A DNA stretch of 64,000 nt from an uncultured Candidatus Saccharibacteria bacterium (GCA_964550955.1 CAZKAF010000001.1:7993-71992), one strand, 5' to 3'. Shown: positions 10,056-18,815, counted from the stretch's first letter. Made by a program: numbers and translations. Notes: a model not told the origin generated them from the sequence alone.

Positions 10056-11558
10056 ATGCCAAAAAAATTGACGCCGAGACGGAACAAGCAGAGTGGATTT
10101 TTTGATTCTTTGGCAAAGAAGAGGAGTGAGCATGTCTTTGAATGCTCGGATATTAAAACCCTAAAAGGTTTTCTTAAGAGCCATAAAGAGGTTCGTTATC
10201 CTAAAAAGTTTGCGACGACGTTATATATGTGTGGTAGAAAAAAGATTTCTGGGAAACCTAAGCCACTATCTCACGCTGCTATTAAGGTGCGTTTTTATCA
10301 TGACAAACCGATGCATAGGTTTTTTATACCTAATAAAGATGCGGCGTGTATCACCGAGATCAAGACCCGTCCCAAGGATGACTGGGGGAGTACTGTTCGC
10401 CAGAAAGCTCGCTTTGGAGTTGATAGCATTATGAGTTATCGAGACCTAGAAAACGTGTCTGAAGAAGTGCTTTCGGGAAAAAAGATTAAGAAAATCAATA
10501 ATGAGACTGTATCGTTATCCAGGTGTCTTAAAAAGATAGCGAATGAATACAATCTTGTGACGTTTGAGGCTGTAGCGGCGACATCTTACAGAAGGAGGCA
10601 TTTTGACGCGGATAATCATCGAATTACAGTTGATAGTGACATAAAGTATTATCTTACCGCTACCCACGATAGGGATACATTGTTTTCTTTAGCTAGGCGC
10701 AGACCGGGGTTTGTGCTTGAGGTAAAGGTTGAGCATGTTGGTAAAAATCTTAAGAATGACGATGGCGACCATCTTCTAAAGGAGTTAGGGAAAATACCTG
10801 GTTTAATCGCCGAACCAAACAGAAAAGGAGCAGACCTGTTAGACCTTGTGTTACAAAAAGAACATCTTTTCCATGAGCCAGAACTTAAAGCGAAGTCCTC
10901 ATCAGAGTGGCTCGTCACGGAAAGAGAGATGAAGCTGGACGCAGATAACGATTTACGCGTGCAACTTGGTGGTATACGTTTCCCAGAAAATATCGCCGTT
11001 GGGATGATAAGGAAAGACAAAAGTTATCAAAGAATATACAGTCATGGTTCTAATATTGTTTTTTCAATGCAATATAATAAAGACAGCCCACCCTCAAAAA
11101 GGGTTATCAAATATAAGATGAATCTGAAGAGTTCAAGTTCAAAAATTAGCGTCAGACAGGAGACAGTCGAGCGTTATAGTAAAAAGAGGATATCTGAAAT
11201 ATTAGGAAATCCTGTCGATGATAAGTCGACCTTGATAACGTCCTATTTCTTGAGAGACAGAGCTATCTTGTCTGTGTATCTTAGCGACACAGGGAATGTT
11301 TTTGATATTTGCGTGGATGAAGTAAACTTTATTGGTAAGAAAAAAAGTATACCATTACACCAGCTTGAAATTGAGTTTGTTGGAGTAATCGGTGACAAGG
11401 ACGGTAAAAGTTTTATCAAAAACAATGTCAGGACGATTGAGTCCGATTTTATGGTAATTAGGAAAATCATCATGCATGAATATGCTAGATTAGGCATCGC
11501 TCTGCGAGACTCTCATATTACGAAAGCGATTTGGGCGATGAACCAAGTTTCAAGATAA
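10056..11558 (+). CDS. Hypothetical Lys-rich protein. The N-terminal half has a weak CYTH/VTC-like triphosphate-tunnel pattern.
   Basis: Possible tunnel-fold motifs: KVRFY...ACITEIKTRPKD...VRQKARF, YRRRHFDADNHRITVDSDIKYY, FVLEVKVEH and C-terminal LEIEFVG. The assignment is from memory of family patterns, not a search. Confidence 0.45.
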   Translation: MPKKLTPRRNKQSGFFDSLAKKRSEHVFECSDIKTLKGFLKSHKEVRYPKKFATTLYMCGRKKISGKPKPLSHAAIKVRFYHDKPMHRFFIPNKDAACITEIKTRPKDDWGSTVRQKARFGVDSIMSYRDLENVSEEVLSGKKIKKINNETVSLSRCLKKIANEYNLVTFEAVAATSYRRRHFDADNHRITVDSDIKYYLTATHDRDTLFSLARRRPGFVLEVKVEHVGKNLKNDDGDHLLKELGKIPGLIAEPNRKGADLLDLVLQKEHLFHEPELKAKSSSEWLVTEREMKLDADNDLRVQLGGIRFPENIAVGMIRKDKSYQRIYSHGSNIVFSMQYNKDSPPSKRVIKYKMNLKSSSSKISVRQETVERYSKKRISEILGNPVDDKSTLITSYFLRDRAILSVYLSDTGNVFDICVDEVNFIGKKKSIPLHQLEIEFVGVIGDKDGKSFIKNNVRTIESDFMVIRKIIMHEYARLGIALRDSHITKAIWAMNQVSR

Positions 11559-11563
11559 ATATT

Positions 11564-12718
11564 ATGGATACCCGTAAGAACATAAAATATATTCATGATT
11601 TAATCAAGGAATCTAGGAATAAAATTATCGATATCTTGACCGATATCGAGCCGTATTCGATAGCCGAGTTTGAGATTGATTCAGCATGCACCACATTATC
11701 GGAAATCTTGAATAATGTCGACCAAGTCAGGATTGACGTCAAAAGCATCGCGGTATATTTACCCGTCAACCTGCCCCTTTATTCATTGATTCTATACGGT
11801 ATTGTTCCGAGCCTACAAGCTGAAAATGTTTATGTGCGTCCACCAGTAGAGATAGGCGACATTACGAAAAAGATACGTGACTCATTCTTCAAAACAGTCA
11901 AGAACGTGCATGTTGTGGGTTTACCGAGAAGAGCATTTGGAGATGGGTTTACAGCCTGTGCAGACGTCGTAATATTTACAGGTAGGTACGATCCAGCTCT
12001 TGACCTTATAGAAAAATATAATCCGAAACTTTTTATTTATAATGGATCTGGGGTTAATCCAATTATTGTTGCTAAAGGGGCGGACCTGTCATTAGCAGTT
12101 GAAAAAGTGATTCACGCCAGAATCTTTAACGGTGGTCAAGACTGCTGTGCTCCAGATGCCATTTTTGTGGAGGATTCGATTAAGGCAGAGTTTATGTTTT
12201 TGCTGAAGAATCAGGTTGAAAAAATTAATGTCGGCAGTTATAAAGACCCAGATGTGACAGTAGGGAAGATCTTGGACAAGAAATATATTGCATCAGCAAA
12301 GGCTTTCCTCGAGGATAAAGCAGATATGATTGTTTTTGGCGGAAAGATAGATGAAGAGGGCGGGGTTATCTACCCTACCATTATTGATGAGGTAGACCAT
12401 CAAAGATACGATGATTTTCAAGAGCTGTACGCACCCATTTTCAATATTTTAACATTCAAGACACATGATGAGGTCGAGAGGGTACTTAACTCTAGAGAGT
12501 ATCAAGATTTCGCCATGTGCTACTCCATTTTTGGTAATATTAAAATCAATGTCGCCAACACCATTTTGCTTAAAAATCAGACTCTGCTCGATGTCGAAGG
12601 TGGAAATATACCATTTGGCGGTTATGGAAAAAAATCGAGTTTTGTCAGAAAAAATGGCAAAACTTTTCCAAGACCAATCCTTATCCCCTGGGAAATAAAG
12701 ACGATCGCGGAGGCTTAA
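11564..12718 (+). CDS. Aldehyde-dehydrogenase-superfamily protein, short form (ProA/acylating-ALDH-like, N-terminally truncated relative to canonical ALDH).
   Basis: Catalytic-Cys motif NGGQDCCAPD, then GGKIDEEGGVIYPTII and PFGGYGKKSSF (the ALDH PFGG motif). It is about 385 aa versus about 480 for typical ALDH. The ORF opens at 11531 and overlaps the previous gene; ATG 11564 is the likely start. Confidence 0.6.
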   Translation: MDTRKNIKYIHDLIKESRNKIIDILTDIEPYSIAEFEIDSACTTLSEILNNVDQVRIDVKSIAVYLPVNLPLYSLILYGIVPSLQAENVYVRPPVEIGDITKKIRDSFFKTVKNVHVVGLPRRAFGDGFTACADVVIFTGRYDPALDLIEKYNPKLFIYNGSGVNPIIVAKGADLSLAVEKVIHARIFNGGQDCCAPDAIFVEDSIKAEFMFLLKNQVEKINVGSYKDPDVTVGKILDKKYIASAKAFLEDKADMIVFGGKIDEEGGVIYPTIIDEVDHQRYDDFQELYAPIFNILTFKTHDEVERVLNSREYQDFAMCYSIFGNIKINVANTILLKNQTLLDVEGGNIPFGGYGKKSSFVRKNGKTFPRPILIPWEIKTIAEA

Positions 12719-12761
12719 TAATAATATTTTAGGGGTTGTTATAATACGCACATGTATTATA

Positions 12762-14480
12762 GTGATATCAAATATTATGAAAAATGGTGAGATAATTAAG
12801 GAACTACTAATTCGTGCCGCCGAGAGTCAAAATCTTCAAATGAGGGAGGTGTTGGTCATGTTCTCAAACGACCTGTCAAATGGTGACTATTCTTCCAATA
12901 TCGCCCTAGTGGCTGCAAAGGAGATTAAGACTTCGCCTAAGGCTTTAGCTGATAAATTGGTGGCAGCTTTGTATAAAAATGGCCTGCCTAAAGAAGTAAA
13001 AAAGGTAGAAGTAGCCGGCATCGGTTTTATTAATTTCTACCTGTCTTCACGTTATATGGATGAACAGATCAAGGGTATAGTCGATCTGCCGGAAAAATAT
13101 GGCGCATCTTTGATAAATGCCGGCAAGAAAATTCTCGTTGAGCATTCAAGCCCTAACCTTTTCAAACCATTTCACATAGGCCATCTAATGAATAACACTA
13201 TTGGAGAATCAATAGCTAGGCTCGCTCAATTCTCTGGCGCAGAAGTGACAAAAATATCTTACCCTTCGGATATATCGCTCGGGATTGGAAAGGCAATATG
13301 GGCACTTAACCAAGAAGATGCGATAAGGCTTGATTCTTTTGACAGCCTTGAAGAGAAAGTCGCCTTTTTGGGCGAATGTTATGTGCGGGGTACAAATGCT
13401 TTTATTGATAATGTAAACGTTCAACAGCAGGTTAGAGATATAACAAAAAAACTTTATGACAAGGTTCCAGGTGCAGAATTTGACATGTTTGAAAAGTGTA
13501 AAGAATTGAACCTGTCGTATTTCAAGTCTATCATCGAAAAACTTGGTTCAAGTTTCGACTCTTTTATTTTTGAAAGTGAGGCTGGTGTAGAAGGCGAAAA
13601 GATTGTTTCAGAAAATATTGGCAAGGTTTTTGAGAACAGCAACGGGGCAATCATATATAGGGGTGAGGATGAGGGTTTGCATACTAGGGTATTTGTTAAT
13701 CGCGAGGGCTATCCCACATATGAATCAAAGGATATAGGGTTACTTTCATTGAAGTTCAAGCGCTACAACCCAGATATATCAATTTTTGTTACGGATAATG
13801 AACAAAGAGCATATTTTGAGGTTGTTTCTTCTGCCGCAAGTAAGATTGACAAAGATTGGAGCGATAAGACGATACATCTTACTCATGGAAGAATGACATT
13901 TAAAGGCAAAAAAATGTCATCGCGTCTAGGTGGCGTTCCCCTTGCGACGACCATAATAGATGCCGTATCTGAAGAAGTGAAAAGCCGTAAGGAAGATCTG
14001 GATAATAGTAGTGCTGAGGCGATATCAATTGGTGCGGTGAAGTTTACTGTCCTTAGGGTTATGGCAGGAAAAGACATAAATTTTGACCCAGATACGTCAC
14101 TTTCTTTTGAGGGTGATTCGGGTCCATATCTTCAATATACCGCAGTAAGAGCGGCATCAATCCTTAAGAGGGCAAAAGAGGGGAATATGGTCAGTGAGAC
14201 TGTGAATTTTACTGAGGATAGAGATATCAGCAAGGTCGAAAGAATCGTCGTGCGTTTCCCGGAAGTTGTCGATCTGGCCATAAAGGAATGGTCGCCACAT
14301 CATTTGGTAACGTATCTTTTGGAGTTGGCGCAAGCCTTCAACGGTTGGTATGTAAATACAAAAGTATTAGATTCTTCAAATCCATCGATGCAAAATAACA
14401 TCATGTTAACATCGGCTGTATATACCGTAATCAAAAACGGTCTCAGGCTTCTGGGTATCCAAGTTCCTGCGAGTATGTAG
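12762..14480 (+). CDS. argS: Arginine--tRNA ligase
   Basis: HIGH region SSPNLFKPFHIGHLMNNTIGESIARL matches the ArgS pattern (SANPTGPLHVGH...GDSLAR). There is an N-terminal Arg_tRNA_synt_N-like segment, and the C-terminus ends ...PASM as ArgS proteins do. The gene lies inside the AT-rich segment. Confidence 0.85.
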   Translation: MISNIMKNGEIIKELLIRAAESQNLQMREVLVMFSNDLSNGDYSSNIALVAAKEIKTSPKALADKLVAALYKNGLPKEVKKVEVAGIGFINFYLSSRYMDEQIKGIVDLPEKYGASLINAGKKILVEHSSPNLFKPFHIGHLMNNTIGESIARLAQFSGAEVTKISYPSDISLGIGKAIWALNQEDAIRLDSFDSLEEKVAFLGECYVRGTNAFIDNVNVQQQVRDITKKLYDKVPGAEFDMFEKCKELNLSYFKSIIEKLGSSFDSFIFESEAGVEGEKIVSENIGKVFENSNGAIIYRGEDEGLHTRVFVNREGYPTYESKDIGLLSLKFKRYNPDISIFVTDNEQRAYFEVVSSAASKIDKDWSDKTIHLTHGRMTFKGKKMSSRLGGVPLATTIIDAVSEEVKSRKEDLDNSSAEAISIGAVKFTVLRVMAGKDINFDPDTSLSFEGDSGPYLQYTAVRAASILKRAKEGNMVSETVNFTEDRDISKVERIVVRFPEVVDLAIKEWSPHHLVTYLLELAQAFNGWYVNTKVLDSSNPSMQNNIMLTSAVYTVIKNGLRLLGIQVPASM

Positions 14481-14582
14481 GTTTGTTTCGGGTAATTTTA
14501 CTTTTTAAATAAAAGTTGTATGATATTGTCATAAGGAGAAGAACCTTAAAAATCTACAGTCAAAAGACCAACAACTAACCAA

Positions 14583-14593
14583 GGGGGGGGGGG
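14583..14593. repeat. G11 homopolymer tract
   Basis: aaggggggggggggcg read directly from the sequence; intergenic. Confidence 0.9.
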
Positions 14594-14710
14594 CGTCATG
14601 CCTATTGTGGTCCGAGTATCTGCATGCCCGACCAGGGCGAAGAAGGAAGCGTAGAAATCTGTCATAGGCTCACTGCTGCCGTCGAAAGCATCGAGGGGCT
14701 TGAACTCAAA

Positions 14711-14744
14711 TGACCAACCACCAGCTCATCGCTGGTGGTTGGTC
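14711..14744. repeat. Perfect 15-bp inverted repeat with a 4-nt loop (strong stem-loop).
   Basis: tgaccaaccaccagc-tcat-gctggtggttggtca; no clear T-tract follows. Confidence 0.9.
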
Positions 14745-14864
14745 ATTGATAAATTCGGAGATTGTGCTAAAAGTATGATGAATCTCTCAGGCGAACTTGA
14801 TTGTTCGCGGCCAAGTTCATTTGTTAAGCGCATAAAACCATAACCAAGAAAGGGAACACAGAAG

Positions 14865-15227
14865 ATGACTCCAGGCATCAATAGCATCGTCAGGCAGGTT
14901 GAATTCGATGAGGACGTAACTTTTTTGCTGAAGGATCCGCATTCCCGAAGCGAATCAGGGGCGGTGCACTTTCAAGGATTCGTCACGGTCCTCAAGAATG
15001 TGGCAGGGCCCGTTCAGGCGGAGGATGACAAGTGGCTGTTCGGGTTCGTCGTTTCTTTCTTCTCCGATGGGAAGATTCAGTGCGACGTGTATCAGGACGG
15101 CACGATCATCGGTCATCTGACCAGCGATAATCCTTCCGACGTTCCGCTGCCGGAATCAGGCAATGAGCGGCTGTGCAAATACGTCCTCGATGCGATCAGG
15201 AGATATCGCGAGGAAGAGGAAGGCTGA
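14865..15227 (+). CDS. Hypothetical protein (120 aa)
   Basis: Clean ORF with host-like codon usage, followed by a strong terminator. No recognisable motif. Confidence 0.5.
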   Translation: MTPGINSIVRQVEFDEDVTFLLKDPHSRSESGAVHFQGFVTVLKNVAGPVQAEDDKWLFGFVVSFFSDGKIQCDVYQDGTIIGHLTSDNPSDVPLPESGNERLCKYVLDAIRRYREEEEG

Positions 15228-15248
15228 ATTTGCCTGCCGAAAACTTGA

Positions 15249-15296
15249 AAGCCTCGCGTGCGCCCATGCACGCGAGGCTTTTCTTTCGCTTTTTTC
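15249..15296 (+). terminator. Rho-independent terminator
   Basis: 13-bp stem aagcctcgcgtgc/gcacgcgaggctt with loop gcccat, followed by ttctttcgcttttttc. Confidence 0.65.
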
Positions 15297-15368
15297 AGTA
15301 TTTCTGCTATATTTTGACTCACGTGCATATCCGTCGCGGAACCTGCAATGCGTAGCTACACATAATAT

Positions 15369-17279
15369 ATGAATCTTAAAAACATCCGAAACTTCAGCAT
15401 CATCGCTCATATTGACCACGGAAAGTCCACGCTTGCCGACCGCATGCTTGAGCTTACCAATACTATTGAGAAGCGAAAGATGATGAACCAGGTTCTCGAC
15501 AACATGGAGCTTGAACGGGAAAAAGGCATTACGATCAAGATGCGGCCGGTGCAGATGCATTATGCGGTCAAGCCTGATGTCGCCGCCGCGAAAGGCATAG
15601 AAGTGGGCGAGTATCAATTGAACCTCATCGATACCCCGGGCCATATCGACTTCTCATATGAAGTATCCCGCGCGCTCAAGGCGGTAGAGGGTTCCATTCT
15701 TCTGGTTGACGCGACGCAGGGCGTTCAGGCTCAGACATTGACCACGCTTCGAATGGCGCAGGATGTCGGCCTGAAAATTATCCCGGTGCTTTCCAAGGTC
15801 GATTCGCCACTCGCCCGGCTTGATGACATCAAGGAAGAAATGATCTCGCTTCTCGGCTGCGAGCTTGAAGATATCATCGAAACGTCCGGCAAGACGGGGC
15901 AGGGCGTTGAAGGATTGTTGCAGGAAGTCATCAAAAAGATCCCCGCGCCGGTCGAGGAAATCGTTCAGTCCGGAAGCTTCCGGGGCCTCGTCTTCGACTT
16001 TCAATATTCAAATCATAAGGGCGTAATCGTCTTCGTTCGAGTCATGGACGGATCGGTCAAAAAAGGCGACGAGCTGCTTTTCAAAATCGCCGATGAGAAG
16101 TTCTATGCGCTTGAAGTCGGCATCTTCACGCCGGGCGAAGTGGCGACCGGAACTCTCGATGCGGGCCAGATCGGCTACATCGTTACGGGCATCAAGCAGC
16201 CGGGCATCGCATCGGTGGGAGATACCATCACCCTTCTCAAGAAGCCGCTTCCCGAGCTTGCAGGTTACATGAGTCCTTCGCCCGTGGTCTGGGCTTCGGT
16301 GTATCCGGAGGATGCTGACGACTTCGAGCTTCTCAAGCAGGCGCTCGGTCGGCTGAGGCTTTCCGACTCGGCCTTTTCTCATGAGGAAGAATCTTCAGGT
16401 TCTCTCGGGCGAGGCTTCAGATGCGGTTTCCTCGGACTCCTTCACTTGGAAATCATTACTGAGCGACTGAAGCGGGAATTCAATCTCAATCTTGTCATAG
16501 CGACGCCGAGCATTACCTACGAAGTGACGCTCAGGGGCGGATCTCACGGAGCGGCGGTCCAAAACAGCCTGGGAAATATTTATTCCGGGCAAATAAAGGT
16601 GAACGAAGCGGGAGAGAAAACCGTGATGGTATATTCTCCTTCGCTTTTTCCGGACCATGGACAGTACGAACGGGTCAGGGAGCCATGGGTCAAGCTTTCC
16701 ATAATAACGCCGGACGCATACACCGGTCCCATCTATCAGCTCTTATACGATCACGAGGCCGAGCTTCGAGACACCGTCTCGTTCGGCGACGGCCGCGCGC
16801 AGCTTGTCATCGACATGCCGCTTCGGGAGTTGATGAGAAACTTTTTCGATGAGCTCAAGAGCATCTCTTCCGGATATGCGTCCTTGTCATACGAGTTTGA
16901 AGGACTGAGGGATGCGGACGTCACTCGGATGGACGTGCTCGTTGCCGACGAGCCGATTGAGGCTTTCACTAAAGTGGTTGCGAACAGAAGGACGGACGAG
17001 GAGGCGAACAAGACGGTAGACCGGCTTGAAGCCGTGCTTCCTCGGCAGCTTTTCACGACCAAGATTCAGGCGAAATGCAATGGGCGAATTATCGCGTCGC
17101 GAACTCTTTCCGCGCTCAGAAAAGACGTTACCGGATATCTGTACGGAGGCGACATTACTCGAAAGATGAAGCTCCTGGAAAAGCAGAAGAAAGGAAAGAA
17201 GAAGATGCTTGAGCGAGGCAGGGGCCAAGTGAACATCCCGCACGACGTGTTCTTGAAGATGATGAAGACGGGAGAATAA
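15369..17279 (+). CDS. lepA: Elongation factor 4 (LepA)
   Basis: MNLKNIRNFSIIAHIDHGKSTLADR...DNMELEREKGITIK...LIDTPGHIDFSYEVSR...; the LepA-specific C-terminus (...GRGQVNIPHDVFLKMMK) and about 600 aa length. Confidence 0.9.
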   Translation: MNLKNIRNFSIIAHIDHGKSTLADRMLELTNTIEKRKMMNQVLDNMELEREKGITIKMRPVQMHYAVKPDVAAAKGIEVGEYQLNLIDTPGHIDFSYEVSRALKAVEGSILLVDATQGVQAQTLTTLRMAQDVGLKIIPVLSKVDSPLARLDDIKEEMISLLGCELEDIIETSGKTGQGVEGLLQEVIKKIPAPVEEIVQSGSFRGLVFDFQYSNHKGVIVFVRVMDGSVKKGDELLFKIADEKFYALEVGIFTPGEVATGTLDAGQIGYIVTGIKQPGIASVGDTITLLKKPLPELAGYMSPSPVVWASVYPEDADDFELLKQALGRLRLSDSAFSHEEESSGSLGRGFRCGFLGLLHLEIITERLKREFNLNLVIATPSITYEVTLRGGSHGAAVQNSLGNIYSGQIKVNEAGEKTVMVYSPSLFPDHGQYERVREPWVKLSIITPDAYTGPIYQLLYDHEAELRDTVSFGDGRAQLVIDMPLRELMRNFFDELKSISSGYASLSYEFEGLRDADVTRMDVLVADEPIEAFTKVVANRRTDEEANKTVDRLEAVLPRQLFTTKIQAKCNGRIIASRTLSALRKDVTGYLYGGDITRKMKLLEKQKKGKKKMLERGRGQVNIPHDVFLKMMKTGE

Positions 17280-17296
17280 AAAAAACGAAATGATTA

Positions 17297-17340
17297 GGCC
17301 CATAAAGCTCTGCAGAGCTTTATGGGCCTTTTGTTCTTTG
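17297..17340. terminator. Bidirectional terminator: a 34-nt perfect palindrome flanked by an A-run and a T-run.
   Basis: aggcccataaagctctg|cagagctttatgggcct, preceded by aaaaaaaacgaaa and followed by tttgttctttg. Confidence 0.65.
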
Positions 17341-17347
17341 AATTTGA

Positions 17348-17455
17348 TTAAAACAGCGCCGGGATGTACATCAGGATCATCGAGGCGATCAGGATGATGC
17401 AGAGCGTCATCCAGATGAATTTGATGGCTTTCTGATTCTTTGGATTAAATAGCAT
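17348..17455 (-). CDS. Possible small membrane protein (35 aa).
   Basis: Minus-strand MLFNPKNQKAIKFIWMTLCIILIASMILMYIPALF* immediately after the bidirectional terminator. It is the only plausible part of the 202-aa minus-strand ORF that is antisense to the ftsB-like gene. Confidence 0.3.
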   Translation of the reverse strand: MLFNPKNQKAIKFIWMTLCIILIASMILMYIPALF

Positions 17456-17909
17456 GTCGTATATACTATCAATATTTATGAAAGAGTTCCAGCAGAGAAA
17501 CAAGGCGAAAAAAAGGCTATATTCAAAGACGGTTTTGTTCCTGCTTCTCGTCGTGCTCGTTCTTGTGTCGCGCGGGGTGGTAAACGTGTATCTGAAGGAA
17601 AAGGAAAGCCGCATAGAAATGGAGCGGGTGGCCGTGCAAAAAGCCGAGCTTGAGAACAGGTATGGCCAGATAAAGAACCGGGCGGACCATCTCGAAAGCG
17701 ATGCGGGGATAGAGGCGGAGATTAGAAGCAAGTTCGACGTGGTCAAGGAAGGGGAGGGCGTCATCGTCATCGTGGACAAGGAATTGCCCGTGGTCGAGGA
17801 GGATAATCGCGGCGTCTTGAAAAAATTCTGGGATTCGGTCATCGGAGTATTCAGGAAGGATGAGGCGACTACAACAAAGGCTGAAACGGGAAATGTTGTT
17901 TCGGAATAG
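17454..17909 (+). CDS. Septum formation initiator (FtsB/DivIC-like)
   Basis: Short basic N-terminus, a single TM (VLFLLLVVLVLV), a coiled coil (LKEKESRIEMERVAVQKAELENRYGQIK) and a C-terminal IEAEIRSKFDVVKEGEGVIVI resembling the FtsB/DivIC terminus. Confidence 0.6.
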   Translation: MSYILSIFMKEFQQRNKAKKRLYSKTVLFLLLVVLVLVSRGVVNVYLKEKESRIEMERVAVQKAELENRYGQIKNRADHLESDAGIEAEIRSKFDVVKEGEGVIVIVDKELPVVEEDNRGVLKKFWDSVIGVFRKDEATTTKAETGNVVSE

Positions 17910-17933
17910 CTTGCGAGGTATAATGGGCTGATT

Positions 17934-18230
17934 ATGACAATAAAAATATACAGCACGCCATCATGCGGTTATTGCAAGGTGGCAAAAGCATTCCTTACAA
18001 GTCACAATGTTGCCTTTACGGATATCGATGTATCGGTTGATGTCAATGCGCGGGAGGAGATGGTAGACAAGAGCGGACAGCTCGGAGTGCCCGTCTTCGA
18101 CATCGACGGCCAGATTATTGTCGGCTATAACGAGCAGCTCCTCTCCAAGGTTGCCGGCATCGGGCAGGCCAGCCCTTCTGCGGATGCGGGCGCGGAAGCT
18201 CCGGACGAGGCCCTGCCCAAAGCGGAATAA
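17934..18230 (+). CDS. Glutaredoxin-like thioredoxin-fold protein
   Basis: IKIYSTPSCGYCKVAKAFL (CxxC on the Grx/NrdH fold) with VPVFDIDGQIIVGYN matching the Grx V-P / GG-region. Confidence 0.7.
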   Translation: MTIKIYSTPSCGYCKVAKAFLTSHNVAFTDIDVSVDVNAREEMVDKSGQLGVPVFDIDGQIIVGYNEQLLSKVAGIGQASPSADAGAEAPDEALPKAE

Positions 18231-18284
18231 GCTTCGGGCAAGTTCGGCCGGACGAGGCGAAGGAAGCCTCTCTAAAATGTTCAA

Positions 18285-18695
18285 ATGAAGAAATTCAATA
18301 CAGCCATTATCAGCATCATCGCCATCCTCTTCGGAGCGTTCGCGACGTATTTCCTTTACCCCTACATGTCAGATTCATTCAATTCATCGGTCGTGCGAAG
18401 CGGCGACACGGTTTTCGTTCATTATACTGGCAAGCTGCAAAGCGGAGCCAAGTTCGACAGCTCGCATGACCGGGGCGAGCCGTTCGGGTTCGTGGTGGGA
18501 GTGGGAATGGTCATCAAGGGCTGGGACGAAGGGGTGCTCGGCATGGAAGTCGGCGAGAAGAAAACGCTGAGCATCCCTGCAGACAAGGCATACGGATCGC
18601 AAGGCGTGTCGGACGGGCTCGGCGGGTACGTCATTCCGCCCAACGCGCCGCTCATCTTTGATGTCGAAGTGATTAAGGTCGAGAAGGCCAAATAG
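18285..18695 (+). CDS. Membrane-anchored FKBP-type peptidyl-prolyl cis-trans isomerase
   Basis: N-terminal TM, then VHYTGKLQSGAKFDSSHDRGEPFGFVVGVGMVIKGWDEGVLGMEVGEKKTLSIPADKAYG...LIFDVEVIKV, which is the canonical FKBP domain. Confidence 0.85.
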   Translation: MKKFNTAIISIIAILFGAFATYFLYPYMSDSFNSSVVRSGDTVFVHYTGKLQSGAKFDSSHDRGEPFGFVVGVGMVIKGWDEGVLGMEVGEKKTLSIPADKAYGSQGVSDGLGGYVIPPNAPLIFDVEVIKVEKAK

Positions 18696-18815
18696 TCTGG
18701 CGGAAGAGCGAAAAGCCTTGAAAGCCTGGGCGGCCGCACGGCATTTGCCCGGCAAAAGCTGGTTATTTAGACAGAATGTCGGTTTTTCCATCTTTCGTGG
18801 TATAAAGTACACATT

